64,000 nucleotides of DNA from an uncultured Gemmatimonadota bacterium (GTDB lineage Bacteria; JAAXHH01), in the NCBI GenBank assembly GCA_951812955.1, contig OX638340.1, positions 2,432,001-2,496,000 on the forward strand. The letters run 5' to 3'. Of this stretch, positions 8,107-17,199 are shown in pieces. Made by a program: the position numbers and the translations under genes. The notes beneath the pieces are model-generated. The model was not told where the DNA came from, searched no databases, and was given only the letters and a program-made list of their open reading frames with translations. How positions within the stretch are numbered: the first letter of the stretch is position 1; each line of letters starts with the position of its first letter.

Positions 8107-9315
8107 TCACTGTTCGATCCTCGAAGGCGCGTCGTGAAACGCCAGCAGGTCGGGATAGTCGTATGCGTAATGTTCCGGCCGGACCAGTACCCCGTCCCGG
8201 TACAGCGCGGAGACGATGCGGATGGCCTCGGCCAGGAGGCGGTCGGTCTCGCGGATCATCTCATCGCCCTTTGCGAGTTCCGCCCGCACGAGGTTTTCCG
8301 AATGGCACTGCTCGCAGATGCCGGTCATGCGGTCGCGCTCCCGCTGCCAGTCCTCCTGGGTCAGCCGGGCCACGTCGGCCTGCCTGACCACATCCAGTCG
8401 CGGGGTGGGGTTGCCGTCCGGGTCCAGCACGCCAAGTGCCTGGAGGATCGTTGCCCGGTCCTCCGCCCACTGCGGGTCTTCCGGCATGGGAAGTCGGACG
8501 GCCAGGAAACCCCAGGCGGTCCGGACGCCGTGATCTCCCTCGGGCATGTGGCAGGTCTGGCACGTAGGCGCCTGGGCATGCTCGGGCAGCGTGCCGTTCT
8601 GCTTGAGCAGATGCCGCACGCCATGCTTGGAGGACGAGTACATTTCCCACTGGGGATGATCGAACCCCATGTGGCACGTCCTGCACGCCTGGGGCTCCCG
8701 GGCCTCCTTCACAGAAAAGAGATGGCGGGTATGACATACGTCGCAGGACGACAGGCCGAAAAGCCCGTCCTGCGCCTTGATCGTCTTAATCTCCTCTTCG
8801 CTCTTGAGGCCGATGCGGTGGCATCCGCCGCAGCCCTTCATACCCTCAGTCAGGGCCATGGGCAGGAAGTGGGTCGTCGGCATGGCGTTCATGCTGGTCC
8901 AGGCAAGGGCGTGCTTGCCCCCCGCGAACTGTTCCACCTGGATCGGATGGCACGTGGCGCACACGTCCGGGGTCGCGACGCCGGCCAGGGCCACGTCCTC
9001 CTCCGTGCGGTGATCGCCGCCGTGACACATGACGCAGTCCACGCCGTTCGTGCTGTGGGTGCTGAGTTCCCAGTCAATTACGATGCCGGGCGTGGCATCC
9101 TGGTGGCAGGCCACGCAGTCGGACGTGGCCCGCGGTGGATCGGCGGAGGGACCGCAGGCGGCAAGGGACAGCAGGAAGAATGATACGATGAAGAAGGATA
9201 CGATGTTGTTAACAAGGATGGCACGGCATACGCGGTACCTGGTTTTAGCAAGGAAGCGACTCCTGGAAAGCAGAGACGTCAGACTACCGGATTGCCGGGC
9301 CATCTTGTACCTCAT
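8107..9315 (-). CDS. Octaheme c-type cytochrome lipoprotein (HAO/ONR/OTR-like multiheme family)
   Basis: Lipoprotein-type signal (…FFLLSLAACG). Eight CxxCH motifs (CVACH, CVMCH, CATCH, CGGCH, CDVCH, CRTCH, CQTCH, CEQCH) within ~340 residues. It sits immediately upstream of the NrfH-like quinol-dehydrogenase-type gene. Confidence 0.8.
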   Translation of the reverse strand: MRYKMARQSGSLTSLLSRSRFLAKTRYRVCRAILVNNIVSFFIVSFFLLSLAACGPSADPPRATSDCVACHQDATPGIVIDWELSTHSTNGVDCVMCHGGDHRTEEDVALAGVATPDVCATCHPIQVEQFAGGKHALAWTSMNAMPTTHFLPMALTEGMKGCGGCHRIGLKSEEEIKTIKAQDGLFGLSSCDVCHTRHLFSVKEAREPQACRTCHMGFDHPQWEMYSSSKHGVRHLLKQNGTLPEHAQAPTCQTCHMPEGDHGVRTAWGFLAVRLPMPEDPQWAEDRATILQALGVLDPDGNPTPRLDVVRQADVARLTQEDWQRERDRMTGICEQCHSENLVRAELAKGDEMIRETDRLLAEAIRIVSALYRDGVLVRPEHYAYDYPDLLAFHDAPSRIEQ

Positions 9316-9321
9316 GGAAGG

Positions 9322-9723
9322 TCACTGCCGGTTTTCAACGGCTTTCCGCCGCACCTCTTCACTCACCAGAACATCCGCGATGATTGCCACGATGTAGAAC
9401 TTGCCTTCCAACAGGTGCTCGTTGCTGAAAATGGGTTCCAGTTTTATCCATCTTCGAAGGTTCAGGTTCCCCCGGACCGTGTTGTATATAATGTCGTAAA
9501 ACTTCTGCGTGTCGTCAAACACCCAGGCTTCCGTGAAAATGATCCAGAACCCGATTTCTTCGGGAATGCCGTCCCAGTCGTTTGCCACCGCCCAGTTAAT
9601 CTCGATCGCCGGGTCGCTGTCGTACTTTATGGACTTCGATTCCGTGCCCATGACGATGCGGATTTGCAGATCCATATCGTTGATCTGGTTGAGCACGCCG
9701 TTCACGTCCTCGATAATTGCCAT
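9322..9723 (-). CDS. Hypothetical protein (acidic, AT-richer codon usage), first gene of the octaheme cytochrome operon
   Basis: 133-aa ORF ending 7 nt before the octaheme cytochrome start. Its GC is visibly lower than its neighbours. No recognisable motifs. Confidence 0.4.
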   Translation of the reverse strand: MAIIEDVNGVLNQINDMDLQIRIVMGTESKSIKYDSDPAIEINWAVANDWDGIPEEIGFWIIFTEAWVFDDTQKFYDIIYNTVRGNLNLRRWIKLEPIFSNEHLLEGKFYIVAIIADVLVSEEVRRKAVENRQ

Positions 9724-9880
9724 GTGCGCTCCTGGTGATGCGCTGGTTGTTGAATTGAATTCCAGTTGAAACCGAAGGTCGTTCGGACCCCGTAATCCTT
9801 TACTGCCGGCCTTGCAATCTAAAAAGTAAATCAGGTTGAGCAGAACCGGAAGGTAAACCGAAAGTTCGGATCCTCATCCA

Positions 9881-10495
9881 TCATGGCCCCTCCCAGGGCC
9901 GTATCCTCGGAAACCAGCGCGGCACGTTCGCCTTGTACAACCGGTAGGGTTCACCGAACCGGCGCTCGAGGCCCGGCTCCTCGTAGAACGGGAAGTAGAT
10001 CGCGCACACAACGAAGAACACGCACATCCAGGCCGCAAGGTGCCATGAGCCGAAGAGCAGGGCTTCGGCGCCGAGTATGAGCACCATACCCGAATTCATG
10101 GGGTTGCGCACGTGGCGATAAGGTCCGAGGACGACCAGCTTCTCGGGCGGAGCCCAGGGCGCTGGCGTGCCCTTCCCGACCCTGTCGAACAGCGCCATGG
10201 TCCAGGCGGCAAGGAACAGGCCGTCCACCGCCATCGCGACCCCGATCCAGAACCGGAACTGCGCGGGTTCCGCCGGTGACAGCGCGCCCGGCGAGTCTGA
10301 CGATATCCACAGTATCACGCCCGGAACGTAGACCGTAGCAGCTGCCGGAAGGAGAAGGACGGTCTTCGCAGTAGTCCATTTCACGCGGGACACCCCCTCG
10401 CACGGTCCATAGTGTCCATTTCGTACATTGGCGATTATTCCATTCGGCCGCTCAGCGACACCCATGACGAAGGGATAAAAACCGGTCCATGTCAA
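9881..10495 (-). CDS. Isoprenylcysteine carboxyl methyltransferase (ICMT)/phospholipid methyltransferase-family membrane protein
   Basis: The C-terminal motif …LVVLGPYRHVRNPMNSGMVL…EEPGLERRFGEPYRLYKANVPRWFP is the ICMT/PEMT signature. The true start is probably the internal GTG (VKWTTAKTVLLL…). Confidence 0.7.
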   Translation of the reverse strand: MTWTGFYPFVMGVAERPNGIIANVRNGHYGPCEGVSRVKWTTAKTVLLLPAAATVYVPGVILWISSDSPGALSPAEPAQFRFWIGVAMAVDGLFLAAWTMALFDRVGKGTPAPWAPPEKLVVLGPYRHVRNPMNSGMVLILGAEALLFGSWHLAAWMCVFFVVCAIYFPFYEEPGLERRFGEPYRLYKANVPRWFPRIRPWEGP

Positions 10496-10595
10496 GCGTT
10501 AGTAATTAAGTGACAAATCCCCCGGCCGGGACAAATGCGACAATTATATTGCACACGTTTGTTGTTCGTTATACTATACGAAATTCGAAACGATA

Positions 10596-10641
10596 TTTGA
10601 ACGAACCTATGAACTTGAACCCTGCGATTTGAACTGGAACC
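10596..10641. promoter_or_regulatory. Array of direct repeats TTGAAC(N0-2)GAACC x3 in the ICMT/M48 divergent promoter
   Basis: tttgaacgaacc / tgaacttgaacc / ttgaactggaacc read directly from the sequence, ~150 nt upstream of the M48 start at 10792. Confidence 0.3.
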
Positions 10642-10791
10642 TTGAGAATCCGCCGCGGATCTGTAGGGTCACTGCCAGGACCGGTAACCGCTTCGGTACG
10701 GATACGCGACAATCCCGCAGAATCGGACGGCGGATGCGGGACCGCGCCTTAACGGCCAAACCCGTTCCGACACACAGCCGGAGGATAAAGA

Positions 10792-11733
10792 ATGCATGGC
10801 GCCGAGAACGATATTCCATTTGAAGGCGAGGGGACTCATACAGGCGGGCCGGACCGGGCTGTTGACGATACGATCCGGCTGAACTGGCGCGAGAAGCTGG
10901 TTGAAGTCGGCCTGATGATGGTAATGTTCACGTGCGGTATGCTGATCGGAATGTTCGTCATCATAGCTTCTCTGCTTACCATGCGAAGTACATTCGAGCA
11001 GTTGGCCCCGGGATTCATGGAAGTAGGTTCGATTCCGCTCATCATTCTGGTCGTCGTGGCCGTGATCGTCGGGAATATCTGTTCGTTCAGCTGCGCTCCC
11101 TACCTCATACGTCTCTTCTTTCGGGGCTACGAGTTGAAGGACGAGCGGATCGACCGCGCTTTGGATCACCTGATTTCCGTGACCGGGATGGAAATCAGGG
11201 CCGAACGGATCTACGCCATAAAGGGCAGGACGGCCAACGCCGTCGTGGCCGGCCTCTTCCGGAAGGGTCAGTACATCTTCTTTACCAACAGGCTTCTGGA
11301 GAGAATGAGAGAAGGAGAGATCATGGCGATCCTGGCGCACGAACTGGCCCATGTGCGGCACCGGCACATGCCGAGGATGATGCTGGGCATCGTGCTATGG
11401 ACCCTCGGCATCCAGGTATTCTTCTGGCTGATTGGCTTCCAGGTTTACTTCGAATCGATCGAAGAATCCTGGAAAATGTGGGTGTATGGCGGAATAAATG
11501 CCTTGAACTTCTACCTGCTTGTTTTCCTCGTTCTGTTCCCGCAGTCGAGGCGTCACGAATACGAGGCGGATGAGGCCGCCGCCCGGTGGGTGGGCATAAG
11601 CCAGTACAAGCAGGCCCTTTACCGGTTGCATCAATTGAATGACCAACTGAAACCACCGAGGAAGATCCTGTCGAAGCTAAGTACCCATCCGACGCTTCAG
11701 CAGAGGCTGGAGCGGGTGGGGAATCTGGAATAA
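10792..11733 (+). CDS. M48-family (Ste24/HtpX-type) zinc metalloprotease, copy A
   Basis: Two N-terminal TM helices, then HELAHVRHRH (HExxH), two more TM helices, and a downstream EYEADE third zinc ligand. ~55% identical over its length to the 16245..17192 protein. Confidence 0.8.
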   Translation: MHGAENDIPFEGEGTHTGGPDRAVDDTIRLNWREKLVEVGLMMVMFTCGMLIGMFVIIASLLTMRSTFEQLAPGFMEVGSIPLIILVVVAVIVGNICSFSCAPYLIRLFFRGYELKDERIDRALDHLISVTGMEIRAERIYAIKGRTANAVVAGLFRKGQYIFFTNRLLERMREGEIMAILAHELAHVRHRHMPRMMLGIVLWTLGIQVFFWLIGFQVYFESIEESWKMWVYGGINALNFYLLVFLVLFPQSRRHEYEADEAAARWVGISQYKQALYRLHQLNDQLKPPRKILSKLSTHPTLQQRLERVGNLE

Positions 11734-11799
11734 CGTGTGACTGGTGTTTCAGCGTGCTATCCGCGTTTGTAAGGAAGGTTACAGGACGTGTATACGGAC

Positions 11800-13023
11800 T
11801 CACTCCATGTTCATCGCATCCACCGGGCTCAGCTGCGAAGCCTTCAAGGCGGGATATATTCCGGCACATAGACCTATTGCCAGTGAGATCGCCAGCGACA
11901 AGAGGATATTGGAAACCGACGTACCAGTCGTGAAAGTGAGATCCAACACCTGATTCAATACGAACGAGAAAACCGATCCAAGGCCCAGTCCCAGCAATAT
12001 CCCCAGTAACCCCCCTAAAGCACTGATACCTATGGCTTCCAGCGTGAATTGATTCACGATATCGACGTGTCTGGCTCCTACTGACTTCCTAATACCTATT
12101 TCCCGCCTTCGTTCCGTTACGGAGACCAGCATCATATTCATGATCCCGATTCCACCCACCATCAGTGAGATGCCCGCCACGGCGGCAATCGCCGACTTAA
12201 CGGCGTTAATCACACCTCCTATCTGGTCCATTGCGTTTTTTCCGCTGACTATGTCAAATCCGGGCGCATCACCATGGATTGTCTTCAAGGCTGCCTCAAT
12301 GTCATCCACCGCAATTTCCATGACACTCGAATCCACTACCTTGATGGTCAAAAGGTCGAAGCCTTCATGGCCAAGCATCCTTTTCTGGACCGTCGTTATC
12401 GGAACGAAGACCCGGTTGCCCCAACTTTCATTGAAAACAATCTTTGGCTTCATGACGCCGATCACGGCAAATCTCTGACCATTCAGTTTCACTTCCTTGC
12501 CGACCGGATTGGTATCGTCAAACAATCTAGCGGCCAGTTCATCGCCCAGTACACATACTTTTCGCCAGCGCTTGACGTCGCGGTCGGTAATGAATCGACC
12601 CGTGGAAACCGACCACTGGTACATCTCCGGAAATGAAGGCGTCGTGCCGTACAACATCCCTCCATGCGACGTTTTTGCGAATCTGAGATCTACATTCAAT
12701 GTCGCGGCGGGGACCAATTGGCGCACGGCGCTCGATCTTCTCCCGATTTCCAGCATATCCTGCCAGACAAGATGCTCGTAATCGGATACAGGCATCCAAC
12801 TTCCTTCCCTATTTTCGTATCTCGATGGACTCACCCACACCATGGAGCCGCCACGTACGGATTCGAATTCATCCATCACCATGTCGTGAAGCCCCTCTCC
12901 AATCACGATGATGCCTGTTACAGCGCCAATGCCGACCGCAATCCCCAGCAGCGTCAGGACCGAACGCAGCCTGTAGTGAACGAGATTGGTAAACACCGTG
13001 TGGACATGGTGCGCTAAAGACAT
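11800..13023 (-). CDS. MacB/FtsX-type ABC transporter permease (YknZ-like), no fused or adjacent ATPase
   Basis: N-terminal TM1 ([18 protein letters not shown]), a large periplasmic domain, and three C-terminal TM helices with the FtsX motif region (…[14 protein letters not shown]…). No Walker motifs. Confidence 0.8.
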   Translation of the reverse strand: MSLAHHVHTVFTNLVHYRLRSVLTLLGIAVGIGAVTGIIVIGEGLHDMVMDEFESVRGGSMVWVSPSRYENREGSWMPVSDYEHLVWQDMLEIGRRSSAVRQLVPAATLNVDLRFAKTSHGGMLYGTTPSFPEMYQWSVSTGRFITDRDVKRWRKVCVLGDELAARLFDDTNPVGKEVKLNGQRFAVIGVMKPKIVFNESWGNRVFVPITTVQKRMLGHEGFDLLTIKVVDSSVMEIAVDDIEAALKTIHGDAPGFDIVSGKNAMDQIGGVINAVKSAIAAVAGISLMVGGIGIMNMMLVSVTERRREIGIRKSVGARHVDIVNQFTLEAIGISALGGLLGILLGLGLGSVFSFVLNQVLDLTFTTGTSVSNILLSLAISLAIGLCAGIYPALKASQLSPVDAMNME

Positions 13024-13045
13024 AGACGACAGGGTCCGTAGAGGA

Positions 13046-14260
13046 CTATTGGTGTTTCGATTTCAGCGCGATATGAACCGCTCTTGCATCCGCTGCGATG
13101 TGTGCTCCAGGTTCGATACCGGACAGAATCTCCACATATTCAGTCGATTCAATTCCGATCTCGACCATGGTGGATTCCAGGTATTCTTCCGGACATTTCG
13201 ACATACCAGGGTCCATCGAAGTACAACGATAAACCACGTACGGCTTGCCGGGCACCGACCCAGTAGATGCTGTTTCCTTCTGTTCAGTGGCTATACCTAC
13301 GTAATCACCCATTTCCATGACCGAAGATGCAGGCGCAAGCAGCGAGCCTTCATTCTTCTCCAACACGATGTCGATATCGCAGGACATTCCCTGCTGCAAA
13401 TCCAGCGATGGATTCGATATCACGATTTCGGCATCGAACGTTACAAGCGCACTCCCGGGTTTCCGCACACCGATAGGCGCCAACCGCTCAACATGCCCGC
13501 TGTACAATGTGTCCGGGTAGGCATCGACACGAATCCGTACTTCCTGTCCAGGCCTGACCCTGCCTGCGTCAATTTCCCCAATGGCCGATTTGACGATCAT
13601 TCTGTCCGGATCGCCAATATGAAACATCTCCGTACCGCCGGTATACGAGGAGGTGCCCGATGCTACGACCTCGCCCGTTTCCACCATGCGGGCAACGACG
13701 ATGCCGTTCAAGGGAGACAGGATCCTCACGGCATCATGCGTTCTGTTGGAATCCACCTCAACATTAACCTTCAGTTCAAGTATTTTGAGTTCGAGTTCCG
13801 CCATGTTGAGATTATGATTGGCCTTGGTTTTTTCAATCCTTGCCTTGTCGAATTCCGCAGACGATATCAGGGATCTCTCATGTAATTCACGCTTTCTTTT
13901 AAAGGAGATCTCTTGTTCTGACAGATCTATTCGAGCGCCTTCAACTCTGGCGCGCTGCCGGGACAACTGAAGGGACTGAGACGGATCCGGCTCTATCACG
14001 GCAAGGACATCCCCCTTTGATACCGTATCCCCTACATCGGCGTGAATATGCCTGATTTCCCCGGATATGGTGGGTTTGACCATGACGGTCCTGACAAACT
14101 GGATCGTACCTGTCTCCACCAGGATATCGGAGATCGTTCCATGTTGAACCTGGAGTATTGGGAACGAGGCAACCCGGACCGTGGAACTGTAAACAAAGTA
14201 CAGTAGAACGGCTACGAGAATGCATGCCGATACGCAGACAATGACTATGCGTTTTTTCAT
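13046..14260 (-). CDS. HlyD/MacA-type periplasmic adaptor (membrane fusion protein, YknX-like)
   Basis: N-terminal anchor [22 protein letters not shown], a coiled-coil segment ([19 protein letters not shown]…[12 protein letters not shown]), and barrel/lipoyl motifs (…VKPTISGEI…[13 protein letters not shown]). Confidence 0.8.
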   Translation of the reverse strand: MKKRIVIVCVSACILVAVLLYFVYSSTVRVASFPILQVQHGTISDILVETGTIQFVRTVMVKPTISGEIRHIHADVGDTVSKGDVLAVIEPDPSQSLQLSRQRARVEGARIDLSEQEISFKRKRELHERSLISSAEFDKARIEKTKANHNLNMAELELKILELKVNVEVDSNRTHDAVRILSPLNGIVVARMVETGEVVASGTSSYTGGTEMFHIGDPDRMIVKSAIGEIDAGRVRPGQEVRIRVDAYPDTLYSGHVERLAPIGVRKPGSALVTFDAEIVISNPSLDLQQGMSCDIDIVLEKNEGSLLAPASSVMEMGDYVGIATEQKETASTGSVPGKPYVVYRCTSMDPGMSKCPEEYLESTMVEIGIESTEYVEILSGIEPGAHIAADARAVHIALKSKHQ

Positions 14261-14281
14261 GTCAGCGGTGATTTCCAGGAA

Positions 14282-15013
14282 TTACACGTAAACGGTACCA
14301 AGGTTCTCCATGGTCCTGCGAATGACAATCCACATGCACCACACTAGTCCCAACGCGAACCATGTGAGTATAACCGATCCCTGGAAAGTCCGTGCAAGAC
14401 CCAACCCCAGCAGGTAAAGAAACCAAATACCGAAAAAGTCGACACCTGTAAGGAACAGGCCCGGGAGGGTTTCGAGGTCTGCATCGTCGAGCAACACACC
14501 AGGATGGATAGCCGGATCTAGCGACCCCCAAAGCAGAACCAGCGTGGTTTTGACGACTGTTTCGGGTACGAGGACAAGCAAGGCGTAGCCGGTAATCGGC
14601 AGAACCTTGTTGTACGGCAGGAGCTTACCGAAGATCAATTCTCCGCTGTGTTTCCCTACAACCGACCACGCGACAAGCATAAGGCAGACGCTGGCCGGCA
14701 TGATTAAAAGACCGGCGAGTTGCCTATGGTCGAATTTCGAAGCCTCGCGCAGGATAATAGATTGCTGAAACATACTGAGATTCGAATAGGACTGGAGTTC
14801 CATTTCGATCAACGCCCGTTCCGTATCCAGCGCAACCGGCAAAGTTACTATCCCGGCGATCAGTACGACCGACACGATAACGATCAGAATCAGGATCGAC
14901 TCAGAGGCGGACTGTTCAGTTTCAAGATCCGCAAATGCCCTCCCGGGACTGTAATAGACTCGTAGCCATCGCCTGGCATATCTTCCCATATCTATTGACG
15001 CGCTCAAGGACAT
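14282..15013 (-). CDS. Yip1-domain family membrane protein (YknW-like)
   Basis: The N-terminal …RVYYSPGRAFADLE… followed by 5 hydrophobic helices is the bacterial Yip1-domain pattern. It sits directly upstream of the HlyD and FtsX genes, as in B. subtilis yknWXYZ. Confidence 0.55.
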   Translation of the reverse strand: MSLSASIDMGRYARRWLRVYYSPGRAFADLETEQSASESILILIVIVSVVLIAGIVTLPVALDTERALIEMELQSYSNLSMFQQSIILREASKFDHRQLAGLLIMPASVCLMLVAWSVVGKHSGELIFGKLLPYNKVLPITGYALLVLVPETVVKTTLVLLWGSLDPAIHPGVLLDDADLETLPGLFLTGVDFFGIWFLYLLGLGLARTFQGSVILTWFALGLVWCMWIVIRRTMENLGTVYV

Positions 15014-16224
15014 AGATCTCCCATGATGACCAGATGGTAGTAGCTGTGTCCGCCACCGGACCAGAATGGACTATTCCAGGGCCAGAACCTCCACCAGATT
15101 GGTTTGGAACGGGTATATGCACCTTGGCGAAAACTCTCCAGGAAGGTACTGATGTGATGTACCGTGCTCGTGGAAAGATGCCTGCCGACTCTCTTGGGAT
15201 GGGATTCCACGCCGAGGTAAGAACGAATCATAAGGCTGTGTTCATCGATTGGAAGCGCATCGACATTCTCGACGTACCAATTGAACACGTAGTAGAAGTG
15301 GTTTATGAGGAAGTACTCAACGTTAGAAACATAGAAAACGGAAATGCTCGAGTCGTGGGCTTCAGCGTAAGAACCGATGGCCCTCAACGTCTTCTCGCCC
15401 GCGAAGTTTCCCACGACGGGAATGATCAGGTTCCTGTGATGCAGGCGCTTCACGAACCTGAATGTATCTTCGGTAAACAAGAAACTGGCGAATTCTCCCT
15501 CCACAGTCGTACCTGTCATCAGGTCTTTGAACGAAGGATAGGATAACCCGTTGCCCAGTCGTGTTTCAGCGTATGTAATCGAAAGCTGTTTTTCGTAAAA
15601 CGATCGGTATATGTAGCGCATCCTGTCGAGATCGTACCGATCTTTGATCCCATACATGCCTACTTCCCGACTGAGCCGCCTCCAATTCTGTTTAAAAAAC
15701 AGTGAGTCGGCCGTGGTCGACGATTCGATGTATTCCAGGACTTCCGTAACGGAAGCGGTTTTATCCGGTAATCCGTTCAAAGCCAATCCGACTTCCCGGT
15801 TATGTCTACTGAACAGCAGCATCAGGAAGGATGTCCGGTCCCGGGCCAGGGTAAAAAGGGCTTTGTAGAGGAGATGCTGAAGCAGGTTTTCACGTCGGAT
15901 GTCGACGACAAATGCGATTTCCGGTCTCGTAGCAGCGATGTAGGAGAAGTTCTGTTCCGTACCGACGCCGATATAGACGCCGCCGCGTTTTCCCAGTTCG
16001 ATTACGGTCGGGACAACGTGCAGGTAGGACGATTCATTGGAAACGAAGTTGTCGCCGGGAAAGTGACCGGGATCTTCGGAGAACGCAGTCATGATCCTGG
16101 CGAATTCGGACAGCGCAAGGGAGTCCGGCAACGCCCCGTAAGATGGGAAGCGCAGGTCAGTCAGCGCGCCGATGGTCAGTAGCAGTATGACAACTCGAAT
16201 CAACTTCATCGGTTTTACATCCAT
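15004..16224 (-). CDS. Secreted protein of unknown function
   Basis: Signal peptide MKLIRVVILLLTIGALT. 406 aa, no motifs I can assign. Translationally coupled (overlap) to the Yip1 gene. Confidence 0.5.
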   Translation of the reverse strand: MDVKPMKLIRVVILLLTIGALTDLRFPSYGALPDSLALSEFARIMTAFSEDPGHFPGDNFVSNESSYLHVVPTVIELGKRGGVYIGVGTEQNFSYIAATRPEIAFVVDIRRENLLQHLLYKALFTLARDRTSFLMLLFSRHNREVGLALNGLPDKTASVTEVLEYIESSTTADSLFFKQNWRRLSREVGMYGIKDRYDLDRMRYIYRSFYEKQLSITYAETRLGNGLSYPSFKDLMTGTTVEGEFASFLFTEDTFRFVKRLHHRNLIIPVVGNFAGEKTLRAIGSYAEAHDSSISVFYVSNVEYFLINHFYYVFNWYVENVDALPIDEHSLMIRSYLGVESHPKRVGRHLSTSTVHHISTFLESFRQGAYTRSKPIWWRFWPWNSPFWSGGGHSYYHLVIMGDLCP

Positions 16225-16244
16225 TCCATCTGCATTTGGTTCGT

Positions 16245-17192
16245 CTATTGCGCGTCCAACCTTGACACGCGGTCGAGACGGTTCTGCATCGTGGGGTGGG
16301 TCAGAAGTACTCTAACAAATCTCGGTGGTGGCTTTAAATTGTCATTGACTTGATGAAGACGGTAGAGCGCCCGTTTGTATTGCTCCGTGCCCACCCATTT
16401 TGCCGCCGTAGCATCTGCTTCGTATTCGTTACGCCTCGATAGCGGGTAAATGACCAGAAACATGAGAAGCCACACGTTCACGGCATTTAAAAGCCCGTAC
16501 GTCCACATTTTAAAAGACTCATCCATTGCATCGACATATGCACTGAAATCTAGCAGATACAGGAAAGCCTGCATCCCGCAGACCCACATAAATGTAGCCA
16601 ACTGCATCTTGGGAAGATGCCTGTGACGAACATGGGCCAATTCGTGGGCGAATATTGCCAAAATCTCCTCTTCGTTCGCTTTCGCCAGAAGTTTGTCCGT
16701 AAAGAAGATGTACCTGTTTTTGCGGAAAAGCCCAGTTACCATCGCGTTGGCAGTCCTGCTCTTGATGGTGTACAGGGTTTCTGCCGCAATGTTCATATCG
16801 ACGGACGATATCAGCTTCCCGACTGACCGATCCAGGCGATCGTCCCGTAACTCGTATCCACGGAAGATGAGACGTATCAGATATGGAGAACACAACCATG
16901 CACAGGCGTTCCCTACGGTTGCCGACAGGATGACCAGCAACACAATCGTTAAGGAACCTTGGTCCAATAGACCCGGAACTCCCTGAACAATCATGTCATC
17001 CGCGGTTAACAGAATGCTTAAGAACACGAATACCGCGATCAATATGCCCACCAGGGTCACACTCATGTTCAACCCGATTTCGACCAGTCTGTCGCGCCAG
17101 GTCAACCGGATTGGTTCATCTTTAATCGATGAAGCGCCGCCGGCTACTTCATTTATACGGTGTGTAGGTTCGACCATTATTTCCTTCTTCAA
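16245..17192 (-). CDS. M48-family (Ste24/HtpX-type) zinc metalloprotease, copy B
   Basis: HELAHVRHRH and NEYEAD motifs. Same topology as copy A and clearly paralogous to it (RLTWRDRLVEIGL…PYLIRLIFRGYELRDDRLDR…). Confidence 0.8.
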   Translation of the reverse strand: MKKEIMVEPTHRINEVAGGASSIKDEPIRLTWRDRLVEIGLNMSVTLVGILIAVFVFLSILLTADDMIVQGVPGLLDQGSLTIVLLVILSATVGNACAWLCSPYLIRLIFRGYELRDDRLDRSVGKLISSVDMNIAAETLYTIKSRTANAMVTGLFRKNRYIFFTDKLLAKANEEEILAIFAHELAHVRHRHLPKMQLATFMWVCGMQAFLYLLDFSAYVDAMDESFKMWTYGLLNAVNVWLLMFLVIYPLSRRNEYEADATAAKWVGTEQYKRALYRLHQVNDNLKPPPRFVRVLLTHPTMQNRLDRVSRLDAQ

Positions 17193-17199
17193 ATCAGCG

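Noticed and set aside
9724-9880. AT-rich 150-bp stretch between the orphan hypothetical gene and the ICMT gene; considered as a possible tRNA/att site or mobile-element end
   Set aside because: I could find no tRNA-like cloverleaf, no integrase/transposase nearby and no flanking direct repeat. It is probably just a promoter/terminator region at the island boundary.
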